Translations under genes and position numbers: made by a program
Notes under the pieces: model-generated
Seen by the model: only the letters and a program-made list of their open reading frames with translations
Told to the model about the DNA's origin: nothing
Database searches by the model: none
Shown: piece after piece, positions 1 to 10,049 of the stretch
How the letters are laid out: each line of letters starts with the position of its first letter
How positions within the stretch are numbered: the first letter of the stretch is position 1
NCBI GenBank assembly: GCA_963750475.1
Contig: CAVVQQ010000003.1
Location: 513,191 to 577,190 of the forward strand
Source of the DNA: an uncultured Acidobacteriota bacterium
Lineage (GTDB): Bacteria > Acidobacteriota > Vicinamibacteria > Vicinamibacterales > 2-12-FULL-66-21
Direction: 5' to 3'
Length of the DNA stretch: 64,000 bases

Positions 1-95
1 TACCGGTTACTGGCCACTGGCCACTGGCCACTGGTTACTGGTTACTGGTTACTGGTTACTGGTTACTGGTTACTGGCTACTGGTACTGGCTCGCG
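1..95. repeat. Tandem heptanucleotide array (TACTGGT / CACTGGC / TACTGGC; core CTGG), at least 12 units, truncated by the window edge
   Basis: Read directly: taccggt tactggc cactggc cactggc cactggt, then tactggt x5, then tactggc. The array ends just before the stop codon (tca at 96-98, minus strand) of the next gene. Confidence 0.9.
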
Positions 96-1349
96 TCAGC
101 CGCGGACGAAAGGTTCGCGCGGGTCGCGCGGGTCGGCCCAGCGGTCGTTCGGCACCAGCGGCGCCCAGCCGGGGCGGGCCGGATCCTGATCGTAGGGGTA
201 GTTGCCGAGCTCGTCGTAGAGCGCGGCATACTGCGCCAGCTTCGCGCGATCGAGCCGGACGCCCAGCCCGGGGCCGTCCGGCACCCGGATCGCCCCATCC
301 TCGTAGCGCAGCGGCCCGCCTTCGATGATGTCGTCGACGAGGTGATGGTAATGGGCGTCGGCGGCGAACGACAGGTTCGGCACCACCGCACCGAGATGGA
401 GCATGGTCGCCAGCTGGATGCCGAGCTCGCCCGACGAGTGGACCGCGACGCCGAGCTGGAAGGTGTCGCAGACGCCCGCCGCTTTCACGCATGGGCGAAT
501 GCCGCCCCAGAAAGTGGTGTCGAGGAGGATCACGTCAACCGCCCGGTTCAGCACGTTGGCGGCGAGCTGCTCGAAGTTGACGACGACGGTGTTGGTGGCG
601 AGCGGGAGGCGCAGCTTCTCGCGGGCGTGGCGCATGCCGGTGAGGCCGAAGACCGGATCCTCGAGGTAGTCGTTGTCGAGATCCTCGATGGCGCGGCCGA
701 AGCGGATCGCCTGCTCGGTGGTCCAGACCGCGTTCGGATCGAACCGGAACGAGTCCCCCGGCAGCGATGCGGCCACCGCCCGGTAGCATTCGAGATCGTG
801 GTCGGGCGGGAAGACCCCTCCCTTCAGCTTGTGCGATTTGAAGCCGTGTCTGGCCTTGAGGTCGCGCGCGCAGGCGACGAGATCGTCCGCGGTGCGGATC
901 GCGCCGCGTCCGTCGGCTGACGCATAGCGATAAAAGAGATACGACGCGAAGGGGACGCGGTCGCGGACCCGGCCGCCGAGGATGTCGCAGACCGGGACGC
1001 CCCACGCCTGGCCGAGCAGATCGAGGCACGCGAACTCCAGCGCCGCGACCACCTGCGTCCGGTTGTTGTAGAGCGACGCGGTCGGATTGGCGAGCAGGAA
1101 GCGCATGTCCTCGAGCAGCGCCGGGTCGCGCCCGACGAGCGAGCGTTTCAGGGACATCACGGTGGCGAGCGCCGACTCGCCGCCGCCGCCCATCTCCCCG
1201 AGTCCGATCAGACCGGTGTCGGTCTCGATTTCGACGACCGTGCGCACGAACCGTCCCCAGTGGCAGCCGTTGGCATGCCGGAGCGGCGCCTCGAGCGGGA
1301 CCGTGACCGTGGTCGCCCTGACATCACTGATCTTCATGGCTGCATCCAA
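96..1349 (-). CDS. Enolase-superfamily dehydratase (mandelate racemase/muconate lactonizing enzyme family, glucarate-dehydratase-like)
   Basis: 417-aa ORF. It has the N-terminal capping region ([20 protein letters not shown]...IGLGEMGGG) and barrel segments ([24 protein letters not shown]) typical of MR/MLE acid-sugar dehydratases. The true start may be the internal MKISDV. Confidence 0.75.
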   Translation of the reverse strand: MDAAMKISDVRATTVTVPLEAPLRHANGCHWGRFVRTVVEIETDTGLIGLGEMGGGGESALATVMSLKRSLVGRDPALLEDMRFLLANPTASLYNNRTQVVAALEFACLDLLGQAWGVPVCDILGGRVRDRVPFASYLFYRYASADGRGAIRTADDLVACARDLKARHGFKSHKLKGGVFPPDHDLECYRAVAASLPGDSFRFDPNAVWTTEQAIRFGRAIEDLDNDYLEDPVFGLTGMRHAREKLRLPLATNTVVVNFEQLAANVLNRAVDVILLDTTFWGGIRPCVKAAGVCDTFQLGVAVHSSGELGIQLATMLHLGAVVPNLSFAADAHYHHLVDDIIEGGPLRYEDGAIRVPDGPGLGVRLDRAKLAQYAALYDELGNYPYDQDPARPGWAPLVPNDRWADPRDPREPFVRG

Positions 1350-1354
1350 TACGA

Positions 1355-1478
1355 GGTCGCTTCCAGCTCCCAGCTCCCAGCTCCCAGCTCCCAGCTCCCC
1401 GCTTCCAGCTCGCGGCTGCAGGTGACCCGCTGTCGGCGGCTGGTAGCGGGAAGCGGGGAGCGGGAAGCTGGGAGCTGG
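1355..1478. repeat. Inverted pair of heptamer arrays (CCAGCTC x5 then GGGAAGC/GGGAGCT units) forming a long imperfect hairpin
   Basis: Left arm is gcttccagctcccagctccc...ccgcttccagc. Right arm is gctggtagcgggaagcggggagcgggaagctgggagctgg. The reverse complement of ccgcttccagc matches gctggtagcgg with 1 mismatch. The pair lies between two minus-strand genes. Confidence 0.85.
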
Positions 1479-1919
1479 CTACTGCCCGCATCCCGCCGAC
1501 CGGAAGCGCACCGACCAGACGTCCATGACGGGGATGGTCTCGGGCGGCACCGGGCGGGACGCGCCCGAGCCAGCCACCGGGCTGCCGCCGCCGATGGTGA
1601 TCCGGCGGCCGATCTTGACGCCCGGCTCGATCAGCGCCGACTTGCGCACCAGGCCGGTGACGTCGACGAGGTGATGGTTCTCCTTCTTCACGTCGTCCAT
1701 CACGTCACCCTTCCCGGCAAGGCGGAAGGATTTCGCCCGGACCGGGGGACCGCTCTCCGTGTCGGGGCGGCGGACGTCCGACACCGCGAGCACGCGTCCC
1801 GCCAGGCAGCCGGTGATGGTGAGCTCGATCGAGTCCTTCGGGACTTTCGGTTTGTCGCTGGACGGCTCCTGTGCCGGGGCGGCGGCGAGCAGGGCCAGGA
1901 GGAGAAGGGATGCGGTCAT
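1479..1919 (-). CDS. Secreted hypothetical protein
   Basis: 146-aa ORF with a signal-peptide-like N-terminus (MTASLLLLALLAAAPAQE). No family recognised. Confidence 0.55.
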   Translation of the reverse strand: MTASLLLLALLAAAPAQEPSSDKPKVPKDSIELTITGCLAGRVLAVSDVRRPDTESGPPVRAKSFRLAGKGDVMDDVKKENHHLVDVTGLVRKSALIEPGVKIGRRITIGGGSPVAGSGASRPVPPETIPVMDVWSVRFRSAGCGQ

Positions 1920-2026
1920 GTGCTGATCCTCGCAGACGGCAGGCGATCTGACGATACCACGGCCCCCGGCGGCGCCGCCCCGCCGTCGTCGTAAAATGGC
2001 CCGGTTCGCAATTCCACGAGGACGCC

Positions 2027-5000
2027 ATGGCCTTGACCTCCCTGCGCGCGTTCGTGTTCCTGGCCGCCGCGGCGCTTCCGGCCGCCACCGCCTCTGCCCA
2101 GATCGATGCCCGGATGTTTCGCTATCCGGCGATCTCGAAGACCCAGATTGCCTTCGTCTACGCCGGCGACATCTGGGTCGCTCCGAAGGCAGGCGGCGGC
2201 GCCGTCCGGCTGACGTCGTCTCCCGGTGAAGAGCTGTTTCCGAGGTTCTCCCCCGACGGAACGAAGATCGCCTACAGCGCGTCGTACGACGGCAACGTCG
2301 ACGTGTTCGTCGTTCCGGCGGCCGGCGGCGAGCCGACGCGGCTGACGCACCATCCGATGGCCGACCGCGTCATCGGGTGGACGCCGGACGGCCAGCGGGT
2401 GCTGTTCGCGTCGAGCCGCGAGAGCGGCCGCCAGCGCTTCAACCAGTTCTATACCGTCGGCCTCGCGGGCGGCCTGCCCGACAAGCTGCCCATTCCCTAC
2501 GGCGAGTTCGGGACGTATTCGCCGGACGGCACCGAGTTCGTCTACATGCCGATGTCGCAGGACTTCCGCAACTGGAAGAGATACCGCGGCGGCTGGGCGC
2601 CGGATCTGATGCTGTTCGACCTCAAGACGTTCGCGACGAAGAACATCACCGCCAACCCGGCCAACGACGCGCAGCCGATGTGGCACGACAACACCATCTA
2701 CTTCCTGTCCGATCGCGGCGCCGGCGAGCGCAACAACATCTGGGCCTACGACGTGGCGTCGGGCACGGTGCGCCAGGTGACCCGGTTCGTCGATTTCGAC
2801 ATCACCTTCCCGTCGATTGGTCCCGACAGCGTCGTGTTCCAGGCTGGCGGCCGGCTCTACCTGCTCGATCTGGCGAGCGAGAAGTGGTCCGAGGTGGCCG
2901 TTCACGTCGTCAGCGACGAGACGACGCTGAGGCCGCGCACGGCGAAGGTCGAAGCCCTGGTCTTCGATGCGGCGGTATCGCCGACCGCCAGGCGCGCGGT
3001 CTTCGAGGCCCGCGGCGACGTCTTCACGGTTCCGGCCGAGTTCGGCGCCGTTGTCAACCTGACGCGATCGTCCGGGGTCGCCGAGCGCTACCCGAGGTGG
3101 TCGCCGGATGGGAAGCAGATTGCCTACTGGAGCGACCGCAGCGGCGAGTACGAGCTGACGCTGATGTCCGCCGACGGTACCGGCGCCGAGAAGAAGATCA
3201 CCTCCCTGGGCGCGGGCTTCCGTTATGCGCCGCAGTGGTCCCCCGATAGCAGACGGCTCGCCTACATCGACCAGGCGATGCGCATCCGGATCACCGACGC
3301 GGCCGGGGGCCGCACGGCCGAGATCGATCAGAGCCCGCAGTGGCTCTCTCACGGCGATCTGGAAGCCTTCCGGCTGCAGTGGTCGCCGGACTCCCGCTGG
3401 CTGACCTACGCGCGGCCGACCGCCGCCGGCAACACCGCGGTGTTTCTCTACGACACCCGGTCGTCGAAGCTGGCGCAGGCGACGAGCGGGTATCTCTCCG
3501 ACGCCCAGCCGACGTTCGACCCGGAAGGGAAGTATCTCTTCTACGCCTCGGATCGGGAATTCGACCCCGTCTACGGCAGCTTCGACAACAGCTGGACCTA
3601 TCCGAATCCCACCCGCCTCGTTGCCGTGCCGCTCCGCAAGGACGTCCGGTCCCCGCTGGCGACGCGCAACGAGTCCGAGAATCCGCTCCTCGACACCGTT
3701 GACAGGGAGAAGGACAAGGGAGAGAAGAAGGACGACAAGAAGGACGAAAAGAAGGAGGAGAAGAAAGACGGGAAAAGCGGGCCGGAGGCGAAACCAACCG
3801 ACCAGGGACCAAAGGACAAGGCCAGCGACGAGGCGAAGCCCGAGGAGCGCCCTCCGGCGCCCGCCGTCGTGGACATCGATCTCGACGGCTTCGAACAGCG
3901 CGCCGTCGTGCTCCCGCCGAAGGCCGGCAACTACGCCGATCTCCAGTCGATCAAGGGCAAGCTGCTCTACCGCCGCCAGCCGAGGTCGGGGTCGAGCGAC
4001 GACAAGACGCCGATCGTGTTCTTCGATTTCGCCGAGCGCGAGGAAAAGACGGTGCTCGACGATGCGAACCGGTTCGAGGCGAGCTTCGACGGCAAGAAGC
4101 TGCTGGCGGTGAGCAAGGACAAGTACGCGATCGTCGAGATCAAGCCGGCGCAGAAGTTCGAGAAGCCGATGGCCCTCGGCGAATTGGAGGCGCCGGTCAA
4201 CCCGCGCGCCGAGTGGCGGCAGATCTTCAACGACACCTTCCGGTTCGAGCGGGACTTCTTCTACGACCCGAACATGCACGGCGTCGACTGGGCGGCGATG
4301 CGGGCCCGCTACGGCGAGCTGATGGAGGATGCCGTGACGCGCTGGGACGTGGAGTTCGTGCTCGGCGAGTTCATCGGCGAGCTCAACGCCTCGCACACCT
4401 ATCACGGCGGCGGCGATCAGGAGGCCGTCCCCGAGCAATCGGTGGGGATGCTCGGGGTGGACTGGGAGCTCGCCAACGGAGCGTACCGCATCAAGTCGGT
4501 CGTTCGCGGCGGACCGTGGGACGCCGCCGTCCGCTCGCCGCTCGACGAGCCGGGCGTCAACGTCGCGGCGGGGGAATACGTGCTCGCCGTCAACGGCGTG
4601 CCGCTCGATCCGAAGCTCGATCCGTGGGCGGCATTTCAGGGGCTCGGCGGCCAGACCGTCCTGCTGACCGTCAACGGCAAACCGTCGATGACCGGCGCCC
4701 GCCAGGTCGTCGTCAAGTGCCTGACGAGCGAGACCGACCTGCGCTTCCGCGCCTGGATCGAAGAGCGGCGCCAGCTGGTCGACAAGGCGACCGGGGGGCG
4801 CATCGGATACATTTACGTGCAGAGCACCGGCGTCGACGCGCAGAACGACCTGATGCGGCAGTTCATCGCGCAGTGGAGGAAGGACGGCCTGATCATCGAC
4901 GAGCGCTGGAACAGCGGCGGCCAGATCCCCGACCGCTTCGTCGAGCTCCTCAACCGCCCTCTGGTGGCGTACTGGGGCGTCCGCGACGCGCCGAGCCAGC

Positions 5001-5416
5001 AGTGGCCGCCGGTGGCGCATCGCGGCCCGCAGGTGATGCTGATCAACGGCTGGAGCGGCTCGGGCGGCGACGCGTTCCCGACCTACTTCCGCCAGGCCGG
5101 GCTCGGCCCGCTCATCGGGACGCGGACCTGGGGCGGCCTGATCGGCATCAGCGGCGCCCCGGCGCTGGTCGACGGCGGGACCGTCACCGTGCCCACTTTC
5201 CGGATGTTCGACCCGAAAGGGCAGTGGTTCGCCGAGGGGCACGGCGTCGAGCCCGACATCGAGGTCGAGGACGATCCCTCCCAGCTGGCGAAGGGCATCG
5301 ATCCGCAGCTCCAGCGCGCGATCAAGGAAGTGAGCGACGCGGTGACGAAGGCGCCGAAGGCGCCGGCGCGCCCCCCGTACGAGAAGCGCATTCCGACCGC
5401 CGGGGCGGGGCGCTGA
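2027..5416 (+). CDS. Tricorn protease homologue (beta-propellers + PDZ + S41 peptidase domain)
   Basis: 1129-aa intact ORF with a signal peptide. It has TolB-like propeller repeats (SPDGTKIAYSASYDGNVDVFVVPAAGGEPTRLTHHP) and an S41 core at the C-terminus (IIDERWNSGGQIP...INGWSGSGGDAFP...GTRTWGGLIG). Confidence 0.85.
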   Translation: MALTSLRAFVFLAAAALPAATASAQIDARMFRYPAISKTQIAFVYAGDIWVAPKAGGGAVRLTSSPGEELFPRFSPDGTKIAYSASYDGNVDVFVVPAAGGEPTRLTHHPMADRVIGWTPDGQRVLFASSRESGRQRFNQFYTVGLAGGLPDKLPIPYGEFGTYSPDGTEFVYMPMSQDFRNWKRYRGGWAPDLMLFDLKTFATKNITANPANDAQPMWHDNTIYFLSDRGAGERNNIWAYDVASGTVRQVTRFVDFDITFPSIGPDSVVFQAGGRLYLLDLASEKWSEVAVHVVSDETTLRPRTAKVEALVFDAAVSPTARRAVFEARGDVFTVPAEFGAVVNLTRSSGVAERYPRWSPDGKQIAYWSDRSGEYELTLMSADGTGAEKKITSLGAGFRYAPQWSPDSRRLAYIDQAMRIRITDAAGGRTAEIDQSPQWLSHGDLEAFRLQWSPDSRWLTYARPTAAGNTAVFLYDTRSSKLAQATSGYLSDAQPTFDPEGKYLFYASDREFDPVYGSFDNSWTYPNPTRLVAVPLRKDVRSPLATRNESENPLLDTVDREKDKGEKKDDKKDEKKEEKKDGKSGPEAKPTDQGPKDKASDEAKPEERPPAPAVVDIDLDGFEQRAVVLPPKAGNYADLQSIKGKLLYRRQPRSGSSDDKTPIVFFDFAEREEKTVLDDANRFEASFDGKKLLAVSKDKYAIVEIKPAQKFEKPMALGELEAPVNPRAEWRQIFNDTFRFERDFFYDPNMHGVDWAAMRARYGELMEDAVTRWDVEFVLGEFIGELNASHTYHGGGDQEAVPEQSVGMLGVDWELANGAYRIKSVVRGGPWDAAVRSPLDEPGVNVAAGEYVLAVNGVPLDPKLDPWAAFQGLGGQTVLLTVNGKPSMTGARQVVVKCLTSETDLRFRAWIEERRQLVDKATGGRIGYIYVQSTGVDAQNDLMRQFIAQWRKDGLIIDERWNSGGQIPDRFVELLNRPLVAYWGVRDAPSQQWPPVAHRGPQVMLINGWSGSGGDAFPTYFRQAGLGPLIGTRTWGGLIGISGAPALVDGGTVTVPTFRMFDPKGQWFAEGHGVEPDIEVEDDPSQLAKGIDPQLQRAIKEVSDAVTKAPKAPARPPYEKRIPTAGAGR

Positions 5417-5419
5417 TCG

Positions 5420-5638
5420 TCACCAGCCCTGGCGGACGGCGAACCAGATCGCGGCGGTGAGCGCCGCGCCGACGCCGAGGAGCGACGCGATGCCGGGCGT
5501 GAAGTACGGGTAGACCATGAAGGAGAGGCCGCCGACCAGGTACGGCCAGCGCTGCTCCTTCTTGCCGTAGACAAACAGCACGAACCCGGCCCCGCCGGGG
5601 ATGAGCGACAGAAACAGCCACGTCGGGTCAAACGTCAT
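5420..5638 (-). CDS. Small membrane protein (2 TM), hypothetical
   Basis: 72-aa ORF with two hydrophobic helices (WLFLSLIPGGAGFVLFVY; SLLGVGAALTAAIWFAV). Convergent with the tricorn gene. Confidence 0.45.
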   Translation of the reverse strand: MTFDPTWLFLSLIPGGAGFVLFVYGKKEQRWPYLVGGLSFMVYPYFTPGIASLLGVGAALTAAIWFAVRQGW

Positions 5639-5653
5639 TGCTTACGTCATCCT

Positions 5654-6964
5654 ATGCCCAATCGCACTCCGCTCTATAAGAGCCTCTACATCCAGGTCCT
5701 CGCCGGCATCATCGCCGGCGTGCTGCTCGGGGTGCTCGCCCCCGCCACCGGCGTGGCGATGCGGCCGCTCGGCGACGGCTTCATCAAGCTGGTCCGGATG
5801 CTGATCGCGCCGATCATCTTCGCCACCATCGTCGCCGGCATCGCCCGCATGGGAGAGTTGAAGGAGGTCGGCCGGATCGGGCTGCGCGCCTTCATCTATT
5901 TCGAGGTCCTCTCGACCGTCGCGCTGCTGGTCGGACTGGTCGTCGTCAACGTCGTCCGTCCGGGCGACGGGCTGCACGTCGTGCCGAGCGCCGCCGACAT
6001 CCAGGCCGCGTCCGGCTACGGCACCGCCGCCGGCCAGGCGACCGGCACCGTCGCCTTCCTGCTCAACATCATCCCGACCACGTTCGTGGATGCGTTCGCG
6101 CGCGGCGACATCCTGCAGGTGCTGCTGATCTCGACCCTGGTGGGCCTGGCGCTGCTGATGCTCGGCGAGCGCACGGCGGCGCTCGTCGGCGTGATCGACG
6201 AGGCCGGGCAGGCGCTCTTTGCGGTGGTCGGGATCGTCATGCGGGCGGCGCCGGTCGGGGCCTTCGGCGCGATGGCGTTCACGGTCGGCCGCTACGGCAT
6301 CGGGACGCTGCTGTCGCTCGGCAAGCTGATGGCGGCGGTCTATCTCACCTGCGCGCTCTTCGTCGTCCTCGTCCTCGGCCTCGTCCTCCGCGTCGTCGGC
6401 CTCGGGCTGTTCCGCTTTCTCCGCTACATCGCCGACGAGATCGTCATCGTCATCGGCACCTCGTCGTCCGAGTCGGCGCTGCCGCGCCTGATGGTGAAGC
6501 TTGAGCGGCTCGGCTGCGCCAAGCCGGTCGTCGGGCTGGTCATCCCGGCCGGGTACTCGTTCAACCTCGACGGGACCGCGATCTACATGACGATGGCGGC
6601 GGTGTTCGTGGCGCAGGCAAGCGGCGTCGCGCTGTCGGTGCGGGAGCAGATCTCGATCCTCGCGGTCCTGATGCTGACGTCGAAGGGGGCGGCGGGGGTG
6701 ACCGGCAGCGGATTCATCACGCTCGCGGCGACCCTGTCGGCGATTCCCTCGATCCCGCCGGCCGGCCTGGCGCTGCTCGTCGGCGTCGATCGCTTCATGT
6801 CGGAAGCCCGGGCGGTCACCAACCTCATTGGCAATGCGGTCGCGACCGTGGCGATCGCGTGGTGGGACCGCGCGCTCGACATCGAACAGGCGCGGGCGGA
6901 GCTCGGCCGCCGCGGCGAACCGGCGCTGCTCGTGCCCGAGCCGGTGCTGGCGCCGGAACCGTAA
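5654..6964 (+). CDS. dctA: C4-dicarboxylate / dicarboxylate-amino acid:cation symporter
   Basis: 436-aa ORF. The N-terminus LYKSLYIQVLAGIIAGVLLG and the motifs SSSESALP and MSEARAVTNLIGNAVA are typical of DctA/DAACS carriers. Confidence 0.9.
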   Translation: MPNRTPLYKSLYIQVLAGIIAGVLLGVLAPATGVAMRPLGDGFIKLVRMLIAPIIFATIVAGIARMGELKEVGRIGLRAFIYFEVLSTVALLVGLVVVNVVRPGDGLHVVPSAADIQAASGYGTAAGQATGTVAFLLNIIPTTFVDAFARGDILQVLLISTLVGLALLMLGERTAALVGVIDEAGQALFAVVGIVMRAAPVGAFGAMAFTVGRYGIGTLLSLGKLMAAVYLTCALFVVLVLGLVLRVVGLGLFRFLRYIADEIVIVIGTSSSESALPRLMVKLERLGCAKPVVGLVIPAGYSFNLDGTAIYMTMAAVFVAQASGVALSVREQISILAVLMLTSKGAAGVTGSGFITLAATLSAIPSIPPAGLALLVGVDRFMSEARAVTNLIGNAVATVAIAWWDRALDIEQARAELGRRGEPALLVPEPVLAPEP

Positions 6965-6967
6965 GGC

Positions 6968-7052
6968 GACAGGAGCCAGTTCCCAGTCGCCAGTGGCCAG
7001 TCGCCAGTGGCCAGTCGCCAGTCGCCAGTCGCCAGTCCCAGTCGCCGGTTCC
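6968..7052. repeat. Tandem heptamer array (CCAGTCG / CCAGTGG / CCAGTTC), about 11 units, single orientation
   Basis: ccagttc ccagtcg ccagtgg ccagtcg ccagtgg ccagtcg x3 and so on. It starts 4 nt after the dctA stop and ends about 18 nt before the stop of the convergent gene at 7070. Confidence 0.9.
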
Positions 7053-7069
7053 GAGTTCGCGAGCGGATG

Positions 7070-7390
7070 TCAGGGGCGGGTGCTGAGGCGGCGGACGGCA
7101 TCGACGAGCGCCTGCAGCGCGGAATCGGCGATGGGATCGTCCACCGTCACGCGGTGACGCCTCCGCCCGTCCTCCACTTCGATTTCGTGGGACTGATGGT
7201 CGGCCGAGCCCGCGGGCGCGGGCAGCCGGCTCGGGAGGGTAAAGAACCCGGCCTCCTGCACCAGCCGTTCGAGTGCGGTCCGGTCCGCGGGGGCCAGCGT
7301 CCCGGCGTCAACCGTCCGCGCCGCCTCCAGCCCGGGGAAGGCGCCAATTCCCCCGGTCGTCCTGACACTCACCCTGAGGGGGACACTCAT
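7070..7390 (-). CDS. Small hypothetical protein, possibly emfourin-like (metalloprotease-inhibitor family)
   Basis: 106-aa ORF. LRVSVRTTGGIGAFPGLEAARTVD...LERLV resembles the R-x-GG-x-AG...VD N-terminus I associate with emfourin-family proteins, but the match is weak. An alternative GTG start lies at 7372. The ATG lies inside the 33-nt repeated motif. Confidence 0.4.
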   Translation of the reverse strand: MSVPLRVSVRTTGGIGAFPGLEAARTVDAGTLAPADRTALERLVQEAGFFTLPSRLPAPAGSADHQSHEIEVEDGRRRHRVTVDDPIADSALQALVDAVRRLSTRP

Positions 7391-7409
7391 CTTTAGCGTA
7401 ACTCGTTGA
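7377..7409. repeat. 33-nt conserved motif, copy 1 (AGGGGGACACTCATCTTTAGCGTAACTCGTTGA)
   Basis: Identical except for 1 base to 24094-24126. Both copies are intergenic. Confidence 0.85.
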
Positions 7410-7448
7410 CCCGTAAGGGCAAACAGTAAAACAGGGGCTGATCGGCGC

Positions 7449-9401
<1,953 letters not shown>

Positions 9402-9405
<4 letters not shown>

Positions 9406-10046
9406 GAACACGCATGCGAATCGTTGTGATGGCCCTGGCGGTTGCGGCGGCGCTGCTGCCGCAGGCGGCCGCCGCGCAGGTCGGCAAGTCCCAGGGCGTC
9501 GTCGACGCGAACACCGCCGCCGAGAAGGACCTCGCGGTGATGCCGCACATGACGCCGGCGATTGCCGCCGCGCTGGTCGCGGCGCGGCCGTTCAAGAGCG
9601 TCACCGAGCTGAACGCCTTCCTGCTCGGCCACGGCCTGTCGCAGGAAGACGCGATGGAGCTCTATCGCAAGGCCTTCGTCCACATCAACCTGAACACGGC
9701 GAGCCGCGAGGAGATCCTGCTGGTGCCGGGGGCCGGAACCCGGATGGTGCGCGAGTTCACCGAATACCGACCGTGGAAATCGTGGGCGCAGTTCGACAAG
9801 GAGATCGGCAAGTACGTCGGCGCCGAGGCGACGGCGGCGCTGGCGCAGTATGCCTTCATTCCGGTCAACCTGAACACCGCGACCGACGCCGACATCCTGA
9901 CGATTCCGGGAGCGGGCGCGCGCATGGTGCGCGAGTTCAAGGAGTACCGCCCGTGGACGTCGTGGGCGCAGTTCGACAAGGAGATCGGCAAGTACGTCGG
10001 GCAGAAGGAAACCGACCGGCTGAAGCGCTACGTGACGTTCGAGTAG
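9402..10046 (+). CDS. Secreted helix-hairpin-helix (ComEA-like) repeat protein
   Basis: Starts at MRTRMRIVVMALAVAAALLPQAAAAQ (signal peptide). It carries three HhH-type segments; the last two are a tandem duplication (INLNTA..VPGAGTRMVREFTEYRPWKSWAQFDKEIGKYVG and VNLNTA..IPGAGARMVREFKEYRPWTSWAQFDKEIGKYVG). Confidence 0.7.
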
Positions 10047-10049
10047 CGA

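Noticed and set aside
1916-5242. 1108-aa ORF on the minus strand opposite the tricorn protease gene
   Set aside because: This is a typical high-GC antisense ORF. It is Arg/Ala/Gly/Pro-rich, has no recognisable motifs, and is fully overlapped by a well-supported gene on the other strand. The same reasoning applies to 12839-14659(-), 14379-15929(-), 24490-26844(-), 26869-28479(-), 51134-53302(-) and similar track entries.
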